DNA of 64,000 nt from Candidatus Micrarchaeota archaeon. GTDB taxonomy: Archaea; Micrarchaeota; Micrarchaeia; Micrarchaeales; CABMGC01. The notes beneath the pieces are model-generated. The model searched no databases, had not been told where the DNA came from, and saw only the letters and a program-made list of their open reading frames with translations. A program made the position numbers and the translations under genes. This document shows, in pieces, positions 39,308 to 48,871 of this stretch. Every line of letters starts with the position of its first letter. Positions within the stretch are counted from its first letter, which is position 1. The stretch lies in the NCBI GenBank assembly GCA_021850625.1, contig JAJZLJ010000002.1, positions 15,830 through 79,829 on the forward strand, in the 5' to 3' direction.

Positions 39308-40762
39308 TTAGTAAGATCTTGCAAAGTAAACAATAATATCGGTATCTTTTTTACAGTATATACATTTGCCTTTTTTCTTTTCATCAAAAGGTATTGCACG
39401 TGTTGTTGCAGTGGTTTCAGATTTAATCTTCTCTTCACACTCAATAGTTCCGCACCATGACACCTTTACAAATCCTTTTAAGACATTTTCTTTAAATTGT
39501 TCATAATTATTTGCAGTGTATATTTTTTCCTTCATTATTGCTTTATTCCTAGTTAAAATATTTTTCTGTATTATTTTTAAGGTTTTTATTACAGTAGGTA
39601 CTGTAATTTCTAATTTTACCGTATTTTTTTCTCCAGTATCTCTTCTTACTACTATTATACTATCGTTCTTTAAATCTCTAGGACCTATTTCTATTCTGAT
39701 AGGAATACCTTTTAATTCCCAATAGTTAAATTTGTACCCTGGAGACCTTCCTTCTCTATTATCTAACTTTACAGAAATATGCTTTTTTGAAAGTTTTTTT
39801 GCAAGTTCAGAAGCTGCTTGCAATATTATAACTTTATCTTCATCTGAATAAAAAATAGGAACTATTACAACCTGTATTGGAGCAATCATCGGAGGCAGTA
39901 TCAAACCTTTATCATCACTATCTAACATAACAATTGCACCTAAAAGTCTAGTCGATATTCCCCAAGATGTAGTATGCACATTTTGAGATTTTCCTTCTTT
40001 GTCAAGATAGCTTACATCAAAATGCTTTGAGAAATTTTCCCCCAGATAATGAGAAGTTCCTGCTTGAAGTGCTTTTCCATCAGGCATTATGCTTTCTATT
40101 GTAGTTGTATATACCGCACCAGAAAACTTCTCTGATTCAGATTTCATACCAGTTATTACAGGTATTGATAAATATTTTTCAGATAATTCTTTATAAAAAT
40201 TAAGAGCTAGATAAACTTCTTTTTCAGCTTCTTCTTTTGTTGCATGTGCGGTATGCCCTTCTTGCCAAAGAAACTCGCTCGATCTTAAAAATGGGCGCGT
40301 TGCTTTTATCTCTGCCCTGGCAACATTACACCATTGATTAAGCAATAAAGGCAAATCTCTCCAACTTCTTATCCATTTTGACATAAAATGATAAACCATT
40401 GTCTCTGAAGTTGGTCTTACTGCAAAACGTTCACCTATATCTCTATCACCACTTTTTGTAATCCAGAAAAGTTCAGGAGCAAAACCTTTCATATGTTCAG
40501 ATTCCTTAAGAAAAAAGCTTTCCGGAATAAACATTGGAAAATAGGCATTTTCATGATTTGTAGATTTTATCATTTCATTGAATATGGACTGTATTTTCTC
40601 CCATATGGCATAACCATATGGCATTATTGCAACAGTTCCTTGTACAGGACCATAATCTGCTAGTTCTGCTTTTCTTACGAGCTGCGTGTACCATTCAGAA
40701 AGATTCTCGCTTTTTTTTACTGTTATTCCTTTATCATCTTCAGTATTTTTTTTGTCAATCAG
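39308..40762 (-). CDS. proS: Prolyl-tRNA synthetase (archaeal/eukaryotic type)
   Basis: VRPTSET, NQWCNV, EFLWQEGHT, QAGTSHYLG, SWGISTR, FARSY end; start uncertain (CTG 40762 or TTG 40780). Confidence 0.96.
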   Translation of the reverse strand: MIDKKNTEDDKGITVKKSENLSEWYTQLVRKAELADYGPVQGTVAIMPYGYAIWEKIQSIFNEMIKSTNHENAYFPMFIPESFFLKESEHMKGFAPELFWITKSGDRDIGERFAVRPTSETMVYHFMSKWIRSWRDLPLLLNQWCNVARAEIKATRPFLRSSEFLWQEGHTAHATKEEAEKEVYLALNFYKELSEKYLSIPVITGMKSESEKFSGAVYTTTIESIMPDGKALQAGTSHYLGENFSKHFDVSYLDKEGKSQNVHTTSWGISTRLLGAIVMLDSDDKGLILPPMIAPIQVVIVPIFYSDEDKVIILQAASELAKKLSKKHISVKLDNREGRSPGYKFNYWELKGIPIRIEIGPRDLKNDSIIVVRRDTGEKNTVKLEITVPTVIKTLKIIQKNILTRNKAIMKEKIYTANNYEQFKENVLKGFVKVSWCGTIECEEKIKSETTATTRAIPFDEKKKGKCIYCKKDTDIIVYFARSY

Positions 40763-40822
40763 ATAAACACCAATAGTCAATTTATTTTAATAATATAATT
40801 ATATGAATTTAATGCAATAACT

Positions 40823-41413
40823 TTATAAACCTAGCTTTGAAAGTTCTATGTCAAGAGTTCTTCTGTCTTTAAAATGTATTCCATTTATTCCTGCTTTAAT
40901 AGCAGAATTAACATTTTCTTCTCTATCATCTATAAAAATAATCTCTTTTGAAGGCAGCTTAAGTTCTTTTATTACCTTTTTGTATATTTTAATGTCGGGT
41001 TTTCTTAGTTTAATGTAGCAGGAAGCAAATTTAAAATCAAAAAGATCCATATTCATAATTTTTATAGTATATAGATATCTAGAAATGTCAACGTTAGATA
41101 GATAACCGGTTATATACTCCTTATGTAAAGTAGTTATAAGTTCTATTACATCATAATTAAACATTACAGTTTCTTTATAAAACTCAAGCCATCTGATTCT
41201 GTTTTGTTTCATTCCTAGTTTTATTGCTGTGTTTTTTTCAAATTGTTGAAGTGTTATTTTGCCTTTTTCAAAATCAGGCAGAGTTACATCTTCTATTACA
41301 TGACGTATAGTTTTTAATGATAAACCGCCTTCTTTTGAAAGATATTTATAATAAGGTGTATTATTAAAATTTATAACAACACCGCCTAAATCAAATATAA
41401 TAGCTTTAATCAT
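40823..41413 (-). CDS. HAD-family phosphatase (YihX-like)
   Basis: IIFDLGGV, LSN, RKPD, FIDDR.ENV. Confidence 0.88.
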   Translation of the reverse strand: MIKAIIFDLGGVVINFNNTPYYKYLSKEGGLSLKTIRHVIEDVTLPDFEKGKITLQQFEKNTAIKLGMKQNRIRWLEFYKETVMFNYDVIELITTLHKEYITGYLSNVDISRYLYTIKIMNMDLFDFKFASCYIKLRKPDIKIYKKVIKELKLPSKEIIFIDDREENVNSAIKAGINGIHFKDRRTLDIELSKLGL

Positions 41414-41479
41414 ATTACCGATACTCTGCATAAACAAAGCAATATTAATATCTTTGGATGAAAAGATATAAGAGTAAGA

Positions 41480-41617
41480 GGGGTTGTTGCGTAATCTGGC
41501 AGCGCGGCAGGCTCCAGATGTTTAATAATCTTTGAGCCTTATGGCAGTGATGAAGATCTGGAAGTTTGAAAAATATGAAGTAACCTGCATGTCCGGGTTC
41601 AAATCCCGGCAACCCCA
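41480..41617 (+). tRNA. tRNA-Trp(CCA) with 65-nt intron (41518-41582)
   Basis: GGGGTTG/CAACCCC acceptor, GCAGG-CT-CCA-G|intron|A-CCTGC, T arm CCGGG-TTCAAAT-CCCGG; relaxed BHB. Confidence 0.92.
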
Positions 41618-41659
41618 AACAAATTTAAATAATGAAGTAATTATATTTAATAGAGAATT

Positions 41660-42445
41660 ATGATAGATTCTACAGTAATTAAGAAAAAAATGATAGTTTG
41701 TGATCTTGATGGAACGCTTACAGAAAGTAAACTGGGCGTAACACGAGAAATGTCAGAAAACATTAAAAAATTAGTAAAGTACCTGCCTTTAGCGGTTATT
41801 GGAGGTGGAACGTATAAACAATTTACTGAGCAGTTTGCAGCAGGAATAGGAACTGAAGAAAAAACCTTAAGCAGAATATATCTTTTTCCCACCTGCGCAA
41901 CAAGATTTTATAAATATTCAGTAAATACGTGGAAAGAAATTTATGCTGAAACGCTTACTGAAGAAGAGAAGAAAAAAATAGTAAATGCAATAAATACAGC
42001 ATTAAATATGACAAACATAAAACCTACACAATTATTTGGAGATATTATAGAAGATAGAGGAACACAAATAACTTATTCTGGACTTGGACAAAAAGCGCCT
42101 ATAGAACTTAAAATAGTATGGGATAAAACTCTTGAAAAAAGACAAAAAATCAAGAGAATATTAGAAACGTTAATACCGGAGTTTGAGATAACAATAGGAG
42201 GAACTACTTCAATAGATATAACAAGAAAGGGAATAGATAAAGCTTACGGAATAAGAAAAATTTGTGAGTATTTTAATTATGAGATAAAAGATCTTTTATT
42301 TTTTGGCGATGCTATTTTTGAGGGAGGCAACGATTATCCAGTTAAGAGTATTGGTGTAGACTCTATAAAGGTAGAAAATTACAAAGAAACAATGGCATAC
42401 TTTAATAAAATAATAGAAATATTTGAAAAAAAAGCGAAAACATAA
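41660..42445 (+). CDS. HAD-IIB hydrolase, phosphomannomutase (PMM)-like
   Basis: DLDGTL, IEDRGTQI, IGGTTSIDI..KGIDKAY, FFGDAIFEGGND. Confidence 0.82.
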   Translation: MIDSTVIKKKMIVCDLDGTLTESKLGVTREMSENIKKLVKYLPLAVIGGGTYKQFTEQFAAGIGTEEKTLSRIYLFPTCATRFYKYSVNTWKEIYAETLTEEEKKKIVNAINTALNMTNIKPTQLFGDIIEDRGTQITYSGLGQKAPIELKIVWDKTLEKRQKIKRILETLIPEFEITIGGTTSIDITRKGIDKAYGIRKICEYFNYEIKDLLFFGDAIFEGGNDYPVKSIGVDSIKVENYKETMAYFNKIIEIFEKKAKT

Positions 42446-42458
42446 TGTTATTTTTATT

Positions 42459-43043
42459 TTACAGAGCTAATTTAGGAACAATTTTTTTTACTATGTTATT
42501 GAATATTTCATTAATTTTAGGTTTATAGAAACTTATTATGTAATAAAGAATTATGCTTAATGCAATTCCAGCAATTACATCAGTAAAGTAATGTAGTCCT
42601 AGATACACTCTGCCAAATAACTCAAGTACTAGCCAAATAAAGTATAATATTCTAAGATATTTGTATGGCTTTAAGAAAAATATTAAACCAGTAAGAACAG
42701 ATGCATGATTACTTGGAAAGGAGAATGTATTTTCACATCCAAGGTTATTTATCCATGATAATTCAGATACATTGCATGGCCTTGGTTCCATTGTTAGCAT
42801 CTTTATAATATCAGATACTATAAAAAAAACTACTCCTGCAATAATAAATGTGTATACATTCTTATCCTTTTTAAGATATAAGTATATTGCAAGTAAAGGT
42901 ATTACAATTAAAAATGAAGAAGAAAGAGTAGAAAAAAGCGTATTTAGAAATGGACTTGATATAGATTTTACAAATTGAAATGCCCAGATGTTTATGTTTA
43001 TATTATAAGGTGCAAAAAATGATGCAAATGAGAAAATATCCAT
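42459..43043 (-). CDS. PAP2 phosphatase (lipid pyrophosphate phosphatase-like)
   Basis: K......RP, FPSNHA, RVYLGLHY..D. Confidence 0.9.
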   Translation of the reverse strand: MDIFSFASFFAPYNININIWAFQFVKSISSPFLNTLFSTLSSSFLIVIPLLAIYLYLKKDKNVYTFIIAGVVFFIVSDIIKMLTMEPRPCNVSELSWINNLGCENTFSFPSNHASVLTGLIFFLKPYKYLRILYFIWLVLELFGRVYLGLHYFTDVIAGIALSIILYYIISFYKPKINEIFNNIVKKIVPKLAL

Positions 43044-43088
43044 AGTATCGTTTCTTTAGTTTTATATATAAATATTAATATTATTACA

Positions 43089-43724
43089 TTATTTGTTTCT
43101 GGATCTTAATTTTTTATTTGAAACCTTAGATTTAAAACTGCGCTTTCTTTTATTATTGTACGTTTTTAGTTTATTCCCAAACTTTGGTTTTTTAACCTTT
43201 TTAATTACGAGATAAAGTATAATTATCAAGATTATTATTGCAAGTACAATTAATATTTGGTATAGTATTGGCAAACCTATTGGTTTTAATGCAGTTACTC
43301 CAACTATCTTTGCAACTCCTTGTTGTAAAATAGCTCCACTACCTGAAATTGTAGTATTTGATAGTTCTATTGCTTGTAATATTCCGCTCCAATGCATCCC
43401 AGGTTTATTCTTATTTGATGGCATAAATACAGTAACGTTTAAGGTTAACTGACCTCCTGGAGGAATTGTTCCATTCATTTGTGAAATAGAAAATGTAGGA
43501 GTAGTTGAGTTAGGTATGGTATTTAATGTAGGCAATATTATTTTAAAATTTAAAGATTGAGCACCTCCGTTTATTAATGTGAAGGGTAGTGAAGCACTGC
43601 CACCTATGCTTGCATTAAAATTTAACTGTCCAGCAACTTCCCCGAATTGAGCATAATTAAGATTAATAAAAAGAAAAGAAAAAATAAGAAAAAAACTAAT
43701 TAAATGAATACGATTAAAGTTCAT
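43089..43724 (-). CDS. Secreted Ig/PapD-like-fold protein with C-terminal TM and basic tail (DUF916/chaperone-like)
   Basis: Signal peptide; FTLINGG...IPPGGQLTLNVTVFMP..PG...GIL; TM followed by K/R tail. Confidence 0.55.
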   Translation of the reverse strand: MNFNRIHLISFFLIFSFLFINLNYAQFGEVAGQLNFNASIGGSASLPFTLINGGAQSLNFKIILPTLNTIPNSTTPTFSISQMNGTIPPGGQLTLNVTVFMPSNKNKPGMHWSGILQAIELSNTTISGSGAILQQGVAKIVGVTALKPIGLPILYQILIVLAIIILIIILYLVIKKVKKPKFGNKLKTYNNKRKRSFKSKVSNKKLRSRNK

Positions 43725-43732
43725 ATTACCAT

Positions 43733-44245
43733 TTAACAAGAATTCTCAAATGTTATAGTTTGAGTATATGTACCTGAAGCCGTTCCGCCAGGAACTTGTA
43801 ATCCAAAATAAATAGTGTTGGATGTTGAAGGTGATGAAACGGTTGGTGCGGATATTTGTATAGCCGTATCCACTAATGAGGTTGTTAAAGAAATTCCATT
43901 GTATGAAGATTGAGATATCCCGTTATAGTTTGTTTGACCTACTGCAAAGCTATTACCACCTGAAGTCCAAGTAGTGCCTTCTAAAAGAATATTTGCAGCT
44001 ACATTTCCGCCATTGTCAGTATCTGTTACTAGAACGTTTGTGTCGTATGAAGAAGTAGGTGCCATATTTCCAAAGGTAATCGAGTTAGGAGAAAGTCCTA
44101 TAAAACAAGCAGATGAAACCACTACATTTGCATTGACATTTGAATTTCCTGAAGAAGGATATATCAAAGGCAATGACAAATAGCCCATTATAGCGATGAC
44201 GCCAGCAAAAATACTTAACAATCCTATATTGCGTTTTCCAAACAT
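43733..44245 (-). CDS. Small secreted beta-protein, candidate fimbrial/WxL-like subunit
   Basis: Signal peptide; NVNANVVVSSAC; SITFG; ends YFGLQVPGGTASGTYTQTITFENSC. Confidence 0.7.
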   Translation of the reverse strand: MFGKRNIGLLSIFAGVIAIMGYLSLPLIYPSSGNSNVNANVVVSSACFIGLSPNSITFGNMAPTSSYDTNVLVTDTDNGGNVAANILLEGTTWTSGGNSFAVGQTNYNGISQSSYNGISLTTSLVDTAIQISAPTVSSPSTSNTIYFGLQVPGGTASGTYTQTITFENSC

Positions 44246-44329
44246 AAATAAACCCAGTAATGTATTGACTAAAACATTTATATAGTTATCCGTTCATGAC
44301 CAAATATATAACTGCATTGTTTATTTTAA

Positions 44330-47300
44330 TTAGCACGAATTTTCAAAAGTTATTGTTTCTTGATATGTTCCTGAAGCCGTTCCACCAGGAACTCTCAAAC
44401 CCAGATATATTGAATTGTTTCCAATAGAAGGTATGCTAATCAAAGTATTTGATAATGTCAGAGTAAGTTTAGATGCTGCAGAAAAGGGAATATTATTTGT
44501 TGCTGCCCAGGTGGTATTACTTACACCAAACTGCATAGGTCCAATCCAATTTCCTCCAAAAATATACATATATGCACCTGCATTGCCATTATTTGTATCA
44601 CGTATGGAATTTATTGTATTTATACTTGAGGATGGATTTAAAGAACCGAAATTTATCGAGTTTTGATTTAAAGAAATTGTACAAGTTAAAGAGGAGGAAA
44701 CAGAAACAGCAGTACCTTGAAGTGAATAGGGCATAACGCCATTAGGAGGGTAAGTTCGTATAATTAATCCATTCATATATTGTGTTGAAGTACTAGCTGC
44801 TGCATCTCCCACAAATCCAAGATAATTTCCATTGTCTGATACACTATAATTATTAGATGGATTGCTACTTATTTCAGTTCCATAAATTCCAGGAGTGGTA
44901 GATAAAAACAATTGAGCATTTCCATTGCGTATAGTTAGACCCATGAGCAGCCATTCGTTTGACCATATTCCAGTATTTGGCGGTGCTGTCCATAAAGTCC
45001 ATGAACTAGAAGAAGCAATACCATACCACCCTACACCATTTCCAACTCTAGCAATTTGACCATTGCCTAAAGAATTAACTAAAAAGAATAAATCATCCAA
45101 ATTTTGGGTGTAGGTATAGTACTCTATTATTGAATTTTCAGTCTGATTGTTTGCAATTGTATACAAATAATCACCATTGGCGCCATTTGCATAAAATGCG
45201 TTTAGTCCAAATGGAGAACCAGATGGTGCAGAGGTAGTAATTCCCGCAGTGCCTGAAGAGGTCCAACCGTTTAATGATCCACCATTAAAATAATTATTAA
45301 AAATATAATTACCATTGTCATACTGTGCATATGTTGATGTTGCAGTTGGAAACTCGCCTATACCATTAATTCCAGTATTTGAAAGTAAGTTTAAGGTATT
45401 ACTTGCAAAACCTAAATACAAGGGATAAATTGAATTTGAAGAGATACCATATGGTAATTTTGTCCATATAGTAATATTTCCAGTGGTATTTTGCTCTATC
45501 CACGAAGGTAAAATAGCTCCGCTAGTATTAAATATCTCAAAATTAGCTAGATTTCCATTATACTGAAGATAATTTTTATAAATGCTTTCGTTTATACTTA
45601 TTAATTGTTGAAATGCTTCCTGCACAGAAGCAGTTTGATTATTAACAATACATAGTGGAGCATAGTAAAGTATATTTGAAGGAGTACTGCTAGGCAGATT
45701 AATTATACATACATCTTTTTTTGTAGTTTCAGGTAAATAATTACCATTTCCAGAAGTTAATAAGGTAATATTGTATAGGCCATTACCAGAAGAATGAAAA
45801 TCATAAATGGTATTGAAGTAGGTATTAGAGACCAATGCTCCGTTTATATAAAGGGTTGAGTCTAGTTGATTTCCAACAGTTAAAATTGAATAATTAATAG
45901 GAATAGTGCTTTCATTATTTAGTATTACCTTTTGTAGATTTAGCTTTAAAGATGGAGGTGATTGAGTTACGAGTAATATAGCATTTGAAGTTAACCCCGA
46001 ATTTGTATCATTAACAGATATAATATAATTTCCAGGAGATAAACAGCTATTAATATATGGAGAAGATCCACAAACAGTGTATGACACAGTATTTGTTGAT
46101 GGACCAGCAGCTAGAACACCATTGATAAATAATTTTAATGTATCTCCATTTTTTGAGCTTATTCCATTAATAATATCGGAAGTTCCATACGGAACTGGAT
46201 TATATTGAAGTTCAATTATCGGTGTTTTTGAGGATTGAGGAGTACCAAATGATGCCGAAGGCATAATGCCGTTAGGAGGATAGTTACGTATTATAAAGCT
46301 ATTCCAGTAGGTTATGTATGAAGAACCTAAACCATCACCTATCAATCCAATATAATTACCATTATTTGCAATAGAAAATCCAGAGTTTGTAAGAGTTCCT
46401 AACGTTGAAAGATAGTTTGATACACTACCGATATACGCATTTGCAGTAGAGCTTGATATGACAATATCATATTTATACCAGGTATTTTTTGAGACGTCTA
46501 TTCCTGGACTTGGAGCCGACCATGAAGTCCACGAAGCAGTTTTTGCAAGACCGGAATAATCGCTACCACCTCTGCCATCTAGTCTTACCATCTGCCCTGC
46601 ACCGGCGGAGTTTGTAAGAAAAAACATATCCCCAAGACCAGTAGTATATACATCAAAACTTATAATCGAGTTTTGAGACAAACTACTAATAGGTATATAC
46701 ATATAATCCCCATTTGCAGAATTTGCGTATAATGCATTATCGCTATCGTAATGACTTCCAGATGGAGCTGTATTTTTTTGTCCAGCCGTACCATGTATAG
46801 TCCAACCAGAAGTGGATGGTGGTGCTACATTATAATAGTTAAACACACTTGATCCGTCATCATATTGCGCATATGAAGTGCTTAATTGTGGTGCTTCGCC
46901 AACATCAATCGTATTAAATAAATTTTGTGAAGTTAATGCAAAACCCATATATATTGTTATACTGTTGCTGGAAGGTATGCTATTATAAAGTTTTAACCAA
47001 TAAATAGTGTTTGTAGAACTATAAAAATAAACCGAGTTTGTTGGATTGTTTAGTAGAGTATTACTTGTACTTCCTTCCATCCAACTTGGAATTATAGTTC
47101 CATTAAAATAAAAGAATTCTATATTGCTAAGATTTTTAGCTTCGTAACTCTCAAAAGCTAAACTGTTTACCGAAAGCTGATATTGAAAAGGTATTGGTGT
47201 TGGAATATTTTGTGAATTGGATAAAGTAATTGGAACAAATGTATTTATTGTAGATGGTATTACTATTACAGTAGGATCTATTGAAGAGTAATTATTATTA

Positions 47301-48835
47301 CCTGATGTATCAAAGGTTATAGTTGCATTAGATGTATAAGATAATGTATAAATAAAACTTTTATTTATTGATGTATAATTACCACTTCCGTCAATTATAG
47401 TACCATTGCTAAATTTTATTGAATAACTAAATTTTGCATAATTATTGTTCCCTAAAATACCCTGTAGAGATATTGATAAATTATAATTTTTTTGATTGTT
47501 TATAATTGGGATATAAAATTTACCAGTCGTATTAGCTTTATTAAATGATACTCCATCAATAGATATTGACATATTAGGTAATGCTTTTTCAACTGAAATA
47601 TTATAATATGAAAGAGTAGATTGATTGTTGTAAGTTATAAAATTTACATTGTTTCCGGCAGGAATAAACTTTCCATTTTGTTTTATTAAACCGTAACTCA
47701 AATTGAATGTTTTATTATTTTGGCTTATGGATATCTTTTTAGTTTTTATATAATTTTTGAAATTTAAAAGTTGTTGATTGTTTAAAGAAGTAAGATTATC
47801 GATAATTGAATAGTTTAAAGATATGTTACTGCTAATTGAGGTATTTATGCTATTGATAGAAGCATTATAGGTAGTGTTAAGATTTTGATTTAATATTTTA
47901 GAACTTATTGCGCTTTTTATATTGCTGATATCTACAGTTGAGTTTAAAGATCCTTTAGTTTTTGAAGAGATTAACAACGGTTTAATAAATACACCATTTG
48001 ACATATTGAAAGTCTTGAATAATGGTAGTATTATTTTTGAAAGATTACTTGGGGCATAATTAGAATAATTATATTGAATGTTTTGAGTAATTATTTTATT
48101 AGTTATATTAGTAAAATTATTTTTATTAGAGAGATTTGTATTTTTATTGAGTAAAGAGGTATTTACTGATGAAAAATTAATCGTTGTAGTATAACCAGAA
48201 GATATATTTTCTTCATTTTTAATTGGAAAGTATAAGATATTTCCATCTGAAATATTATTTATTATAATAGTATTTTCTATTCCTAGATCCTTAAAGATTA
48301 TCGTGTTTGAATTAGAAGATTTTTCTATTCCGCCGTATGATAAATACCAAGTTGTATTAAAAGGTAGGCCTTCTTCGTAGAACTTAATAATCTTCAAGGC
48401 TGTGTAATTTATTAATATTTTATTTGAATAATTAAATTTGCTTAAATTTATATCGTTTATTGATGGAATAAAAATTTCTTCCCCATATGAGGCGTTAGGT
48501 ATAAATAGTGTTTGAATATTATTTTTACTATTATTTTGTATTGATATTGAATTTGGAGTAACTGAGTTAAAAACATCTGAATAATTATTTATATATACCT
48601 CCCAGGACATATTTTCCGGTAGACCATTTTCTATTATACTTATGTTTTTATAATATGGCTCAGTGTAATTATTTAATAAAATAGTATTTGTATTTATGCT
48701 AGAATACGATTGGTTAGATATAATAGAATTATTTATGGTATTATTAATAGAGATACCACTATTTGTAAGATTTGTCAAAGTTAAAAACAATAAAGGAAAT
48801 AATAGAATAATAAATAAATTAGAGTATCTAAACAT
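44330..48835 (-). CDS. Giant secreted adhesin-like protein with two DUF2341-like modules and a C-terminal subunit-like domain
   Basis: Signal peptide; two E.GLP...W repeats; duplicated GE.P....YAQYD.G / YAN.ANGDY / IIR.YPPNG.MP modules; ends YLGLRVPGGTASGTYQETITFENSC; no TM anchor. Confidence 0.78.
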   Translation of the reverse strand: MFRYSNLFIILLFPLLFLTLTNLTNSGISINNTINNSIISNQSYSSINTNTILLNNYTEPYYKNISIIENGLPENMSWEVYINNYSDVFNSVTPNSISIQNNSKNNIQTLFIPNASYGEEIFIPSINDINLSKFNYSNKILINYTALKIIKFYEEGLPFNTTWYLSYGGIEKSSNSNTIIFKDLGIENTIIINNISDGNILYFPIKNEENISSGYTTTINFSSVNTSLLNKNTNLSNKNNFTNITNKIITQNIQYNYSNYAPSNLSKIILPLFKTFNMSNGVFIKPLLISSKTKGSLNSTVDISNIKSAISSKILNQNLNTTYNASINSINTSISSNISLNYSIIDNLTSLNNQQLLNFKNYIKTKKISISQNNKTFNLSYGLIKQNGKFIPAGNNVNFITYNNQSTLSYYNISVEKALPNMSISIDGVSFNKANTTGKFYIPIINNQKNYNLSISLQGILGNNNYAKFSYSIKFSNGTIIDGSGNYTSINKSFIYTLSYTSNATITFDTSGNNNYSSIDPTVIVIPSTINTFVPITLSNSQNIPTPIPFQYQLSVNSLAFESYEAKNLSNIEFFYFNGTIIPSWMEGSTSNTLLNNPTNSVYFYSSTNTIYWLKLYNSIPSSNSITIYMGFALTSQNLFNTIDVGEAPQLSTSYAQYDDGSSVFNYYNVAPPSTSGWTIHGTAGQKNTAPSGSHYDSDNALYANSANGDYMYIPISSLSQNSIISFDVYTTGLGDMFFLTNSAGAGQMVRLDGRGGSDYSGLAKTASWTSWSAPSPGIDVSKNTWYKYDIVISSSTANAYIGSVSNYLSTLGTLTNSGFSIANNGNYIGLIGDGLGSSYITYWNSFIIRNYPPNGIMPSASFGTPQSSKTPIIELQYNPVPYGTSDIINGISSKNGDTLKLFINGVLAAGPSTNTVSYTVCGSSPYINSCLSPGNYIISVNDTNSGLTSNAILLVTQSPPSLKLNLQKVILNNESTIPINYSILTVGNQLDSTLYINGALVSNTYFNTIYDFHSSGNGLYNITLLTSGNGNYLPETTKKDVCIINLPSSTPSNILYYAPLCIVNNQTASVQEAFQQLISINESIYKNYLQYNGNLANFEIFNTSGAILPSWIEQNTTGNITIWTKLPYGISSNSIYPLYLGFASNTLNLLSNTGINGIGEFPTATSTYAQYDNGNYIFNNYFNGGSLNGWTSSGTAGITTSAPSGSPFGLNAFYANGANGDYLYTIANNQTENSIIEYYTYTQNLDDLFFLVNSLGNGQIARVGNGVGWYGIASSSSWTLWTAPPNTGIWSNEWLLMGLTIRNGNAQLFLSTTPGIYGTEISSNPSNNYSVSDNGNYLGFVGDAAASTSTQYMNGLIIRTYPPNGVMPYSLQGTAVSVSSSLTCTISLNQNSINFGSLNPSSSINTINSIRDTNNGNAGAYMYIFGGNWIGPMQFGVSNTTWAATNNIPFSAASKLTLTLSNTLISIPSIGNNSIYLGLRVPGGTASGTYQETITFENSC

Positions 48836-48871
48836 TCAATCAGTTATATTTAAATAAAAGATATAAAATAT

